From: an uncultured virus (IMG/VR IMGVR_UViG_3300031758_000013)
Taxonomy: Duplodnaviria > Heunggongvirae > Uroviricota > Caudoviricetes
IMG/VR virus record: IMGVR_UViG_3300031758_000013
Strand: one strand, 5' to 3'
DNA: 64,000 nt
Below, piece by piece: positions 1 through 11,100 of the stretch. Within the stretch, counting starts at the first letter, position 1, and the number at the start of each line of letters is the position of its first letter. Both the position numbers and the translations under genes were made by a program. Below the pieces are notes generated by a model, which saw only the letters and a program-made list of their open reading frames with translations, ran no database searches and had not been told where the DNA came from.

Positions 1-1588
1 CAGCATCCGATGGAGGACTAGTAAACACAGAAGTATAAGGAATTGTAGCACCGAGTAATCCAACTTGAATATTTCCCGTGCTTGCTACTGCAGGATCATT
101 ACTAATACTTTCACTAATATTACTTCCAAAGAAGCACTGTTCTGCGCCACTCTCAGAAAATGAAGATAAAATTGGTGAAATATTTCGTGCAGTATCTTCA
201 CGATTAAATCTTACAATAGTATTACGATAAATGTAACCATTTTCAACATGAGGACATGTTAAACCATTAACCATTGCGGTTGATGCTACTATATTACCAA
301 CAATTCTTAAATTACGATATTTGTATCCATCATCTGATTCCATAAAAATACCTTGAGTACTTCCACGAGTATCACCAGAATAGTAAATATTACGTTCAAT
401 TATAAGAGGAGCAGTCCAATCTGCTGTAGCTCCTACAGGAATCCAAGTTTGAATAAAGTCTGAGTGTGGATCACCAGCATCTCCTCCACTCGCGAACGAG
501 CGTGAACTAATAGTGTCTTTAATAGTAATAGATTTATTGCCACCTTGTGAACCTGGTATTACCCAATGGTCTCTATAGATACGATCTGACATACAATTCG
601 TAATACTTAAATCTGATGATTGACTGAAAGAAACAGCACTATCAAGATCACGAAATTCACATTGATCCCACGATTGAAGAGCATTAAATGTTAATCCGCC
701 AGCACACGAAACACCAGGAACTGTATATAGAGTCATCTTGGCCTGGCCAGTCCAAGTTATAACTTTAGAAAGAGCTCCAGTTGATCCATTTACCGCTGTA
801 GTCGCTGTAGAAGTACCACCAGACGTGATTGTAGTGCCAGTAATAATACCACCAGACACAGTCATAGTGCAAACCGGAGCAACAGAAAATGTTGCTACGC
901 CAGAAACATTATTAAATGTCAGACTATGCGTACCATCAGATACTAAACCGGCAACATTATTACGACTGATAATAAGTGATGTAACAACTCCTGAATCATT
1001 AAATTGAGGTAGTATGCATGCATATTCTGGATAATTGGTATTACAATTGTAATCATTATCGTAAAGAAGTCCTGTACTACCCGGTCCGCCGTATCCACCT
1101 TTAAATTGACAATTTTGCCAATGATGTGCTCCATATGTTCCAGATGAATAGCGTATCGGTCCCGAAGAGGAATCAGACCATACCGTTGATACAAATTTAA
1201 TATTTTCAAATCGTATATTACCAGTTGATGCTAGTGATAAACGATCCCAGACTGGTGGAACTGCGCTGTTAAGAGCTACAAATTTTACTGTAGTTGTAGG
1301 AAATAATGAAGTTATAGTTCTTGTTCCAAAAGAACCGCTCATAGCAATTGTTTTACCAGAAAGTGTTGCTGATCCTAGCGCTAGTACAGCAGTAAGTTCT
1401 GTATCATCTGTAACATAGTAATCAGGTGCAGCTCCACCACTACCACTAGTATAAGTAGGAATCCAGTCGCTGTCACTGGTATACATGTACAGAGGTCTAT
1501 CTTCCCACGCAGAGCCATTCCAGCGCTGAGCTATCTTCCATTCCCAAGAAGATCCATTCCATTTTTGTACAAACCCACCAAGTGTCAT
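1..1588 (-). CDS. Partial tail-fibre-associated adhesin / beta-helix depolymerase-like protein (runs off window start; absent from ORF track)
   Basis: ATG at 1588 right after the 1591 stop. Starts MTLGGFVQKWNGSSWEWKIAQRWNGSAWEDRPLY, the same N-terminal module as 2434..3429. Downstream segments such as LRIVGNIVAST..HVENGYIYRNTIV look like a parallel beta-helix. Confidence 0.65.
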   Translation of the reverse strand, partial: MTLGGFVQKWNGSSWEWKIAQRWNGSAWEDRPLYMYTSDSDWIPTYTSGSGGAAPDYYVTDDTELTAVLALGSATLSGKTIAMSGSFGTRTITSLFPTTTVKFVALNSAVPPVWDRLSLASTGNIRFENIKFVSTVWSDSSSGPIRYSSGTYGAHHWQNCQFKGGYGGPGSTGLLYDNDYNCNTNYPEYACILPQFNDSGVVTSLIISRNNVAGLVSDGTHSLTFNNVSGVATFSVAPVCTMTVSGGIITGTTITSGGTSTATTAVNGSTGALSKVITWTGQAKMTLYTVPGVSCAGGLTFNALQSWDQCEFRDLDSAVSFSQSSDLSITNCMSDRIYRDHWVIPGSQGGNKSITIKDTISSRSFASGGDAGDPHSDFIQTWIPVGATADWTAPLIIERNIYYSGDTRGSTQGIFMESDDGYKYRNLRIVGNIVASTAMVNGLTCPHVENGYIYRNTIVRFNREDTARNISPILSSFSESGAEQCFFGSNISESISNDPAVASTGNIQVGLLGATIPYTSVFTSPPSDA

Positions 1589-1590
1589 AT

Positions 1591-2433
1591 TTAACCGATT
1601 CCTATTACAGTTGCATTATATCCAGTATCTGGAGTTGCTGACTGCAGCCCTCTTACCCACAATTCTGTCCCAGCAGGCAGAGGAGAGTACGCTTGCCACG
1701 TATTACTCGAAAAGAAATCTGAATGTGATTCACCTGTTCCGATACTGGACATATGAGTATTTATTATATTTTTGGTAGTAACATCGCCGTGTGCTAGTTG
1801 TATAAAAAGTGTACCACCAGTAACTACGGTGTTGTTATCATAATTTACTCCAAGTTGCCACCACCAAAGAGGATTTGTTGTAGTTCCTAGACTTGTCCAA
1901 CTACCATACGTTGCATTACCGAGTGTAAAAGAAGTGCCGGTAGTGCCTGATGTATATCCAATAGTTTCTGAAAAGGTTCCTATTGGTGAATTCATAGTGG
2001 TTGGCTGGCCCCAGAACTCAATTATATATCGAGCTCTATGCTCGTTTAAAGAACCTGTCGTAGGAGAAGCTGCTCTTATAGCCACTGATGATCCAGCCGG
2101 AACTGTTATTGGAAACACATAGTCTTTCCCTCTATTTGATACACTTCCGGCACCGCCGGCAGTAGCATTTGATATTATAGCTGTGTAACTAGTACCTCCA
2201 GCAGTATCAATACCAATATCAAATGTAAGTTGAGGCGTAATGCCGTTACCACCCGCATTAACAATTATCAAATTAATTAAATAACAAGTTTGAGCTATAT
2301 TAGCAGCAGAAGCAACTTGTGTCCACGAACCCTTGGTATTATTGTATCCAGGAACAACCTGAGTTCCGAGGGTGCTGTTCGGCACAGCAGCTAGATTAGT
2401 ATAATAAAAATTATATTTTGTTGGAAAAAGCAT
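1591..2433 (-). CDS. Virion fibre-associated protein, paralog of 2434..3429
   Basis: Shares DIGIDTAGGTxYTAI, GTFxETxG and LWVRG motifs with the neighbouring ORF; two internal repeats; lies in the fibre cluster. Confidence 0.6.
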   Translation of the reverse strand: MLFPTKYNFYYTNLAAVPNSTLGTQVVPGYNNTKGSWTQVASAANIAQTCYLINLIIVNAGGNGITPQLTFDIGIDTAGGTSYTAIISNATAGGAGSVSNRGKDYVFPITVPAGSSVAIRAASPTTGSLNEHRARYIIEFWGQPTTMNSPIGTFSETIGYTSGTTGTSFTLGNATYGSWTSLGTTTNPLWWWQLGVNYDNNTVVTGGTLFIQLAHGDVTTKNIINTHMSSIGTGESHSDFFSSNTWQAYSPLPAGTELWVRGLQSATPDTGYNATVIGIG

Positions 2434-3429
2434 TTATCCACCCGTTCCTATTGCTACAGCATTAAATCCAGTAGTGGTAGCCCCCGAGGAGGCCACACCT
2501 CTTACCCATAATTTACTACCAGCTACTACAGGATAATATGGTGCTTCTGAATTAGTATCTGTACTATCTTGCCAAGCTTCATTTGAAGTCATAAATGAGT
2601 ACATCGTCCCGTTAATAATTTGCTTATTATTATCATCACCTGCTGGTGACCAAGCCAGTTGAAAATAGTAATGTCCGCCAGTAACAGCAGTCTCGCTGGT
2701 CTGAACTCCTAATTGAAAGTGCCATAGGTCACTTGCTGTCGTGCCCAACTCAACATATGATCCCCAAGCACCGTCTCCAGGAGTAAAAGAAACACCAGCA
2801 GAATTAGTTATAGTTCCAACAGTTTCAGTAAACGTTCCATATGGTACGCCAGCCGCGGGATTTGCTCCGCCAATGGCATCAAATACTATTCGAGGCCCGG
2901 TTCCAAGCGCAGAATCAGCACACTGAACTCTAGCGGCAATAGATGAACCCGATGGTATATATCTGGGAAATCTAAAGCGTCTACCAGAGTTCGAACTGCC
3001 ATTCGTGCCGCCCATTGCTAAATTGGTTACAATGGCGGTATAGTTAGTGCCGCCGGCTGTATCAATACCAATATCTAATAACATATTTCTATTTGTGGCG
3101 GCGGTGGATCCGGAGTGAGTCCAAAAACGCCAATCATATATATTCTGAGTTATATTTGCTGCTGCAGAAATTTGTTGCCACGATCCTTCATTATTATTGA
3201 TACCCACAACCACGGCGAGGCCAACGTTAGATCCAGTAGTACCCCAGTTATTATATCTAAACGTATAAGCAGGCACTAGTCCAACAGTATCACTCCAAGC
3301 CGCTTTCCATGCGCCGGTATCTTTCCAATAAACTGGTCTATCATCCCATGTGGCACCATTCCACACTTTAGCAGTTCTCCACTGCCAATCAGAACCATCC
3401 CATACTTTTACAAATCCACCGTATGTCAT
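2434..3429 (-). CDS. Fibre-tip adhesin-like protein with N-terminal W[DN]GxxW module
   Basis: N-terminus VKVWDGSDWQWRTAKVWNGATWDD; body paralogous to 1591..2433. Confidence 0.6.
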   Translation of the reverse strand: MTYGGFVKVWDGSDWQWRTAKVWNGATWDDRPVYWKDTGAWKAAWSDTVGLVPAYTFRYNNWGTTGSNVGLAVVVGINNNEGSWQQISAAANITQNIYDWRFWTHSGSTAATNRNMLLDIGIDTAGGTNYTAIVTNLAMGGTNGSSNSGRRFRFPRYIPSGSSIAARVQCADSALGTGPRIVFDAIGGANPAAGVPYGTFTETVGTITNSAGVSFTPGDGAWGSYVELGTTASDLWHFQLGVQTSETAVTGGHYYFQLAWSPAGDDNNKQIINGTMYSFMTSNEAWQDSTDTNSEAPYYPVVAGSKLWVRGVASSGATTTGFNAVAIGTGG

Positions 3430-3441
3430 TTATTACCTATT

Positions 3442-4461
3442 TTATGAATTAATAGCTACTCGCGATCGAGATTTATATTGAACAATAATCAAACCATTGC
3501 CGCCACGGCCTCCATTACCACTCGCCGCTACAGCAGAGCCACCGGATCCACCGCCGCCGCCGGGCGATCCTAGTGCTCCGCCACCTACACCTCCGGTCGT
3601 GCCACTGTTATTTGTGCCACCTCCGCCACCACCACCGCCACCGGCACCGGTGGTGCCACTTGCTGGAGCTCCGTTTAAGAAGTTTTCAGTAAACTGTGTT
3701 CCTTCACCACCGGCCGATCCTGCATATGCAGTTGCATTGTTAGTGTTGCGGCCATTTCCGCCGCCGCCGCCGCCTCCGTTTGTTCCAGCAGTTGATGTTA
3801 CACCACCGGTGCCGCCGGCCGCTCCTGCATAAGTTAAACCACCATTACCGCCAGTTGAGCCAGATCCATTACTACCAATTCCTCCGGTACCACCACCGCC
3901 ACCGCCTCCACCGTCAGCAGCGTTTGTTCCATTGCCACCCACACGACCAACACCTAATCCAGATCCAGCAGATCCTCCTCCGCCTCCTCCAGATCCGGTA
4001 GTAGCTCCGCCAGATCCACCTGCACCACCCGCAACAGTTGTTGTACCAATTGCACCGGTAGTTGAACCACCAGCGCCGCCCGTTCCGCTCGATGCACCTG
4101 TCCCGCCATTCGCCAGAGCACCCTGAGCCGTTGTCGTTGGTGCAGTGTTTGCGCCTGAAGCATTCAACCATGTAACTCCACCGGCACCACCAGTACCAGA
4201 TGCTGTTGTTGCACCAGTTCCGCCTAATCCGATGTTAAAGTAAACCAGCTGGCCAGGAGTTAATTGTACAGCAGTAGATACAGAATATCCACCTCCGCCA
4301 CCACCGCCCCAAGATGCACCATTGTTAGGACCTCTTGAACCGCCAGCTCCAGCACCAATAACTGTTATAGTAGCATTTGAAGTAACTTCTATACCAGTCG
4401 GAACAGTCCAACTACTAAATCCAGTTGTTGTAAAAACTTCTACTATTACTATATCAGTCAT
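3442..4461 (-). CDS. Glycine-rich tail-associated protein
   Basis: FTTTGFSSWTVP...GAGAGG...GGGGGG...GGRGGNGLIIVQY, typical of the phage glycine-rich domain. Confidence 0.7.
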   Translation of the reverse strand: MTDIVIVEVFTTTGFSSWTVPTGIEVTSNATITVIGAGAGGSRGPNNGASWGGGGGGGYSVSTAVQLTPGQLVYFNIGLGGTGATTASGTGGAGGVTWLNASGANTAPTTTAQGALANGGTGASSGTGGAGGSTTGAIGTTTVAGGAGGSGGATTGSGGGGGGSAGSGLGVGRVGGNGTNAADGGGGGGGGTGGIGSNGSGSTGGNGGLTYAGAAGGTGGVTSTAGTNGGGGGGGNGRNTNNATAYAGSAGGEGTQFTENFLNGAPASGTTGAGGGGGGGGGTNNSGTTGGVGGGALGSPGGGGGSGGSAVAASGNGGRGGNGLIIVQYKSRSRVAINS

Positions 4462-7400
4462 TACGTAAACCTCAACGTACCGTGTAGTTCATTAACTGTG
4501 CCTGTAACTGCATTAACAGTGACCCATATAAACGAAGCAGCAGTTGGTGTACTGTTAGTAAATGATGTTAACGTATTACCATTTGTAGTATTAGAAATTG
4601 CCATATTACTTTGAATTACTGTTGCTGAAGCTCTACTATTACCCCACGAGAAAGTAACATTTGCATTCGGTGTGGTACCTCTGACTACAGTTCTTATTTC
4701 AGCTAATGTAAGTGCAGTATTAGACCAAAGAATTGTAACTTCATCGCCAGCACCCGGAGAAAGAATTGTAAACGATTTAGGCCCTAGCAACCCCTGAGAT
4801 CCGACAAATCCTACAGATCCAGTAAAGCCAATAGATCCAGTAAACCCTACTGAGCCAGTAAATCCAATATCACCTTTTGATCCAACAAATCCTACAGATC
4901 CTGTGAATCCAATAGACCCTACTGAGCCAGTAAATCCAATATCACCTTTTGATCCAACAAATCCTACAGATCCTGTGAATCCAATATCACCAACTGATCC
5001 TGTAAATCCAGTACCGCCGGATCCGACAAATCCTACTGATCCAGTAAATCCAACTGAGCCGGTAAATCCTACAGATCCAGTAAATCCTATCGAACCCGTG
5101 AATCCCACAGAGCCTGTAAATCCTGCTCCAGCTGAACCCGTAAATCCAGTTCCTCCAGATCCAACAAATCCTACTGAACCGGTGAAGCCAGCGCCGACAG
5201 ATCCTGTAAATCCATTAGATCCTGGAGATCCGGTATAACCAATAGGAGCTAGACCGTCTGAATCAATCCATACATCATTAACTGCTGGAGATTCTGGTGC
5301 AGTTGTTTGTACAGTAATGCCTGTTGCACCTTTAGATCCAGTAAATCCAATCGATCCTGTAAATCCTGTACCACCAGAGCCAACAAATCCTACTGAACCA
5401 GTAAATCCAGCTCCAGCGGAACCAGTAAATCCGATCGATCCTGTAAATCCTTCAGATCCAACAAATCCTACTGAACCGGTAAATCCAGCACCAGCTGAAC
5501 CCGTAAATCCAGTACCACCGGATCCTACAAATCCAACTGAACCAGTAAATCCAGCACCAGCTGAACCCGTAAATCCAGTACCGCCGGATCCGACAAACCC
5601 AACTGATCCTGTAAATCCTGCTCCTACAGAGCCTGTAAATCCAGTTCCTCCAGAACCAACGAATCCTACTGATCCAGTAAATCCTGCGCCGGTTGATCCA
5701 GTAAATCCTATCGAACCCGTGAATCCATTCGATCCGGAAAATCCATTCGATCCAGCAGATCCAGTATAACCAACTGGCGTTGTTGCATCAGAATCAACCC
5801 ACAAATCATCTACAGCTGGAGCCACAGGAGCTGTAGATGATACTGTAATTCCTTTAGAACCAACAAACCCTACTGAACCAACAAATCCTACAGACCCTGT
5901 AAATCCTATAGACCCTGTAAACCCTATGGATCCAGTAAATCCAGATGATCCTGTAAATCCTATAGACCCTGTAAATCCTATAGACCCTGTAAACCCTACA
6001 GATCCTGTGAATCCAGATGATCCTGTGAATCCAGATGATCCAGTGAATCCTACAGATCCTGTGAATCCAGATGATCCTGTGAATCCAGATGATCCTGTGA
6101 ATCCAGTAGAACCGGTAAACCCTACTGATCCAGTAAATCCAGACGATCCAGTGAATCCAGATGATCCAGAGAATCCTACAGATCCTGTGAATCCAGATGA
6201 TCCTGTGAATCCAAGATTACCAACTCTTGAAAAATTGACTGCTAAAGTTGCTAAGTTTGTAGGTAATGATCCTGAAACATATGCCACTGGAATTTTATAA
6301 TATCCAGCGCCAACAGTAACACCACCAGTCACATTGAATATATTGACTGTAGTACTTCCAGCAAGATTACCAATAATGGTTACTTGACCTCTCACTGTAT
6401 TGGTACTATCATCCCATGTATCATACCATGCAGTTTGAGTAACGCCCGCCGCGTCGATATTATCAATAAAGAGTTGTGTTACAGATGCTATATTAGTGTT
6501 ACTATATGCAACAATACCATTGCCAGGATCAGCATCAGTAGTAGTGGTGGTGAATGCGTATCGAACACCACCTTTGTCACCCACAGATCCGACAAACCCT
6601 ACTGATCCAGCGAATCCAACAGAACCAACGAATCCTACAGATCCAGAGAATCCTACTGATCCAGTGAATCCTGTAGATCCCGCAAATCCAACAGATCCTG
6701 TAAATCCGATTGATCCCGCAAACCCAACAGACCCGACAAATCCAGTAGAACCAACAAATCCTACTGAGCCTGTAAATCCAACAGAGCCAGCGAACCCTAC
6801 TGATCCAGTAAATCCGATTGAACCGGTGAAGCCAGTTCCTGTAGATCCTGTAAAGCCTACAGATCCAACGAATCCAGCTCCTGTTGATCCGACAAAACCA
6901 ACAGATCCAGTGAAGCCGGCTCCTGTTGATCCAGTGAATCCAACACCCTGTGAACCTGTAAATCCAACAGATCCAGTAAAGCCGGCTCCAGCAGATCCTG
7001 TATATCCTAATGCACCAGTAGCACCAGATAAGTTAACAGTCCATGAAGAAAATGTACCAGAACCACTAGTTAGTGTAACGTTAACAATAAGCTGTCCAGT
7101 ACCACTATTATAACTGGTAACAGTACCTTCCATGTAGTTATTGACATCGGCAACAATTTTAACTGGCTGAGTTGGTGTGTATGCTAAGTTTAAACCAACA
7201 GTAAATGTTTTTGAGCCAGTTCCAATTGTGTTATTGGTAGAACTGGTAGTAAGATACGTATCACCCTTGGAGCCAGTGAAACCTGATGAGCCAGTGAAGC
7301 CAGTTCCTGTAGAACCAACAAATCCTACTGATCCAGTAAATCCTGTTCCAGTTGATCCTACAAATCCAACAGAGCCAGTAAAGCCTACACCCTGAGATCC

Positions 7401-8048
7401 TACAAATCCAACTGATCCAGTAAATCCTGTTCCAGTTGATCCTACAAATCCAACAGAGCCAGTAAAGCCTACACCCTGAGATCCTACAAATCCAACTGAT
7501 CCAGTAAAGCCAGCTCCAGCAGATCCTACAAACCCTACTGATCCAGAAAATCCTACTGACCCTGTGAATCCAGATGATCCAGTAAATCCTACAGATCCTG
7601 TAAAGCCTATGGATCCAGTAAATCCAGCTGATCCATTAAACCCTACTGAACCAGTGAATCCTCTCGAACCGTCAAACCCTTTTGATCCAACAAATCCAGT
7701 TCCAGTAGATCCTGTAAATCCAGCTGATCCATTAAACCCTACTGAACCAGTGAATCCATCTCCGCTTCCACCACCAGTACGCCAATATACTGTAGTTCCA
7801 TTAGAACTAAGTACTTGGCCATTTGATCCAACAGCACCATTGGCTACAATAGATTGTACAGAAAGAGTTGAAAGATTACTACCAACTTCAAAAACAACAC
7901 TGCCATTCGACACGTGAATTTTTTGATCAGTCAAGTTAATGGCTAACTCGCCGGGATAAATATATTGGGTATTTGCGGTATTAGCCGCTTCTGGCAATCG
8001 CCCTGAAACTGAAGTTCTTTTATGAACAATAGGTATCGTATTTGCCAT
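4461..8048 (-). CDS. Collagen-like (GFTGSx)n long fibre protein
   Basis: Probable start MANTIPIVHKR at 8048 (track start 8084). N-terminal GELAINLTDQKI anchor motif, long Gly-X-Y arrays interrupted by globular domains, two internal TAP..D[LV]W[VI]DSD motifs. Confidence 0.8.
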   Translation of the reverse strand: MANTIPIVHKRTSVSGRLPEAANTANTQYIYPGELAINLTDQKIHVSNGSVVFEVGSNLSTLSVQSIVANGAVGSNGQVLSSNGTTVYWRTGGGSGDGFTGSVGFNGSAGFTGSTGTGFVGSKGFDGSRGFTGSVGFNGSAGFTGSIGFTGSVGFTGSSGFTGSVGFSGSVGFVGSAGAGFTGSVGFVGSQGVGFTGSVGFVGSTGTGFTGSVGFVGSQGVGFTGSVGFVGSTGTGFTGSVGFVGSTGTGFTGSSGFTGSKGDTYLTTSSTNNTIGTGSKTFTVGLNLAYTPTQPVKIVADVNNYMEGTVTSYNSGTGQLIVNVTLTSGSGTFSSWTVNLSGATGALGYTGSAGAGFTGSVGFTGSQGVGFTGSTGAGFTGSVGFVGSTGAGFVGSVGFTGSTGTGFTGSIGFTGSVGFAGSVGFTGSVGFVGSTGFVGSVGFAGSIGFTGSVGFAGSTGFTGSVGFSGSVGFVGSVGFAGSVGFVGSVGDKGGVRYAFTTTTTDADPGNGIVAYSNTNIASVTQLFIDNIDAAGVTQTAWYDTWDDSTNTVRGQVTIIGNLAGSTTVNIFNVTGGVTVGAGYYKIPVAYVSGSLPTNLATLAVNFSRVGNLGFTGSSGFTGSVGFSGSSGFTGSSGFTGSVGFTGSTGFTGSSGFTGSSGFTGSVGFTGSSGFTGSSGFTGSVGFTGSIGFTGSIGFTGSSGFTGSIGFTGSIGFTGSVGFVGSVGFVGSKGITVSSTAPVAPAVDDLWVDSDATTPVGYTGSAGSNGFSGSNGFTGSIGFTGSTGAGFTGSVGFVGSGGTGFTGSVGAGFTGSVGFVGSGGTGFTGSAGAGFTGSVGFVGSGGTGFTGSAGAGFTGSVGFVGSEGFTGSIGFTGSAGAGFTGSVGFVGSGGTGFTGSIGFTGSKGATGITVQTTAPESPAVNDVWIDSDGLAPIGYTGSPGSNGFTGSVGAGFTGSVGFVGSGGTGFTGSAGAGFTGSVGFTGSIGFTGSVGFTGSVGFTGSVGFVGSGGTGFTGSVGDIGFTGSVGFVGSKGDIGFTGSVGSIGFTGSVGFVGSKGDIGFTGSVGFTGSIGFTGSVGFVGSQGLLGPKSFTILSPGAGDEVTILWSNTALTLAEIRTVVRGTTPNANVTFSWGNSRASATVIQSNMAISNTTNGNTLTSFTNSTPTAASFIWVTVNAVTGTVNELHGTLRFT
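4790..7760. repeat. 18-bp-unit degenerate coding repeat arrays (GFTGS[VISA]) with a near-exact 84-bp tandem duplication at about 7327-7500
   Basis: Recurrent gatccagtaaatcc units. Confidence 0.85.
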
Positions 8049-8092
8049 ATGGTCTCTTCTGCAGATATATATCTTGTGCATCAACTATTTAG

Positions 8093-8120
8093 TTGACATT
8101 TATTTAAAACTATTTATAAT
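8093..8120 (+). promoter_or_regulatory. Sigma70-type promoter for the 1571-aa gene
   Basis: TTGACA (8093-8098), 16 nt spacer, TATAAT (8115-8120); ATG at 8130. Confidence 0.7.
8111..8118 (-). promoter_or_regulatory. T4-type late promoter TATAAATA for the collagen fibre operon
   Basis: Exact TATAAATA on the minus strand upstream of the fibre gene. Confidence 0.7.
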
Positions 8121-8129
8121 GGATCTAAT

Positions 8130-11100
8130 ATGAAGATTGCTTTTATTGATACACTTGGCTTGACGTATGATGGATCTACTCTTTCAAAGAGAGGTCTAGG
8201 TGGATCCGAATCTGCTGTAATTCGTATGGCTCATGAGTTAGCTCAAATTGGATTTGATGTTACAGTATTTAATGATTGCACGTCTGATGAATCACAATCT
8301 GGTATATATCATGGAGTTACGTACACTCCGCTTGAAGCTGCTACAATAGCTCAAACTCCATTTGATGTTTGTATAGTTTCTAGATCCATTCGGCCATATT
8401 TCGAAAGCTGGTATGTTTGTGCAACAGCACGACATAAAGTTCTCTGGATGCATGATACCTTCTGTGAAGGTGATAATGAAATTGAAAATCTTATTGTCCA
8501 GGGAAAAATTGATGAAATCTTTACTCTTTCTGATTGGCACACTGGTTACGTAACGCACGCAGATCATGGTCGGCGACGTAACTTTGATATTCTAAAAAAT
8601 CATATCTTTATGACTCGCAACGGAATCGGGAATATGAATCCCGGTTGGATTGATGTTCGTGAAAAAGATCCAGATCTATTTGTATTCAATGCTTCAGTCA
8701 CAAAGGGCATGGTTCCACTTGTCAAGCAAATCTGGCCAAAAGTAAAAGAACGTATTCCACAGGCAAAACTTAAGATTGTTGGTGGATACTATAAGTTTCG
8801 TGAAGCTTCTGGTCCAGATCAACAACAAAAAGACTGGACAGAAATGTCCTTACAGCATGGTAAAAATATAGATTTTACTGGAGTAATTACTCAACAAGAG
8901 ATTTCCGATATTTTGCGTGAAGCAAGTTATATGATTTATCCGGTTGGGTTTCCAGAAACATTTGGTATCTCAACACTCGAAGCACTAGCTCACAACGTTC
9001 CACTTATTACATGCCGGTTCGGCGCTCTCGAAGAGACTGCTATTGATCTTGCTTCATGGAAGATTAACTATCCAGTCGAGCCAAATTGGGCTTTACCATG
9101 GCTTGATCAAAATTCACAGGTAGATATTTTTGTTGACGCAGTAGTGAATGCGTATAATAACAAGTATCTGCATCAACAAAAAATGTATGCTTGTAATCAA
9201 GTCAAAGATATTTGCACCTGGGATACTGTTGCTCTACAGTGGAAGCAGCATCTCTATCATAAGCTCGGTGAATACCTGCCTGTTGATGAATATCGTAAGG
9301 TAACAAAGATCAACGACAAGGTTCGTAGAGTATTCAACCGGCGATTCTTGAATAAAGAAGAGATGCGTGAATCATGCCAAAGTCCTTTTTGGCCAATCTC
9401 GATTATTACACCGGTCTATAATGCAGAGAATTATATTGTAAAATGTATTGCTTCTGTTGCACAACAGGACTATCATAACTACGTGATGCATATCATCGAT
9501 GATTGCTCTACTGACAATACGGCGCAAGTAGCACAAGAGTATATTGACTCTTTACCAGAGGATATTCGATATAACTTTGTTCTTCATAGAAACGGTGAAA
9601 ACCTTGGAGCCGTCTGCAATCAGGTGAACACCATCGAAAAAGAGTGTGGCCATGATATAGTCATGCTACTTGATGGAGATGATTGGCTGATCAACGATCC
9701 GAATCTATTCCATAAGTACAATAACCTCTACAATGAAGGCGCAGAGTTTACTTACGGATCTTGTTGGTCTGTAGTAGATAGTATTCCTCTCATTGCTCAG
9801 GAGTATCCACCTGAAGTAAAGAAATCAAAGACATATCGAGATTATAAATTTAATTGGAATATGCCATACACTCACCTGCGTACATTTAAAGCTCATTTGA
9901 TGCATGACTTTTTGCGGGCAAATGGTAACTATGCGTTCAGAGATGAAGATGGCAATTGGTTGAAGGCGGGTGGAGACACTGCAGTATTCTATTCAATGAT
10001 TGAGGCTGCTGATCCGGATAACGTCGTATGTGTTTCTGATATTGTGTATAATTATAATGATGCTAATCCACTTAATGATTATAAAGTCAATTCTACTGAA
10101 CAAACAAAAACTGCTACTAAAGTATTGAATAAAATTCCAAAGATTAAATCTAAAGACTATAGTGCAATATTACAAAGATTAAGAGAGCTTCATGATCAAC
10201 GATTGCTCCCACAACAACACGTAGATTATTTGTGGAAAATGAAGAACACGGGTGTTGAGCCAAAAGTAATTTACGATATTGGTGCCTGTGTTCTTCATTG
10301 GACAAACAGAGCTAAACAAGTATGGCCGAACTCCAAATTTATTCCTATTGAAGCAATGGAGGAAGTTGGTGAATTATATGCTGAAAGTGGATTTGATCAA
10401 TACGTAGCCGGCTGCATACTCAGTGATAAGCAAGAAGAAGTATACTTCTATGAAAATCTAGAGCACCCAGGCGGCAATTCTTTATTTAAAGAAAATGCTC
10501 AATTATCGCCTCGGGCAGAAGAACTTTTTCCGGAAACTAGCAAAGTAAAAAGAACTACACAAACACTCGATAACATCGTTAATATTATGAATTTGCCAAA
10601 GCCTGATCTGATTAAAATGGATATACAAGGCGCAGAATTAAGTGTATTAAAAGGTGCGCACAATACTCTTACACACTGTAATCATTTAATACTAGAATTA
10701 CAGCATGTTGACTATAACTTCGGAGCGCCGAAAGCTCAAGAAGTAATTGAATATCTAAAAACTATTGGATTCAATCTTGTGAACGATGGAATGTTTTGTG
10801 AAGGTGATCTTAAAGTAGACGGTGATTATCACTTTGTCAAGGAAAATAAAAATACTTTAAAAGATGATGAACAAAAGTTTTCTGTAGTAGTTCCTACTAT
10901 GTGGAAGTGTGATCAATTTAAAGACACTCTTCAAAAATTAATTGACTGTGATGTTGTTGATGAAATCATGATATATGATAACAATCCAACGGCCGCATTT
11001 GATCTGCCTGAAAGTAAAAAGATTGTATTACTGGGCACTGGAAAAAATGATTATGTAAATCCAGTTTGGAATGAGTGTACTAAGCGAGCTAAGAATGATT

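Noticed and set aside
4790..7760. Possible CRISPR array or DGR repeats
   Set aside because: The repeats are degenerate in-frame coding units with no unique spacers, and there is no cas or reverse transcriptase gene in the window.
4903..7917. Plus-strand Pro-rich ORFs (DPVNP repeats), also at 3497-4126 and 14643-15179
   Set aside because: They are antisense shadows of Gly-rich minus-strand genes: GGN codons read as Pro and the repeats lack stops.
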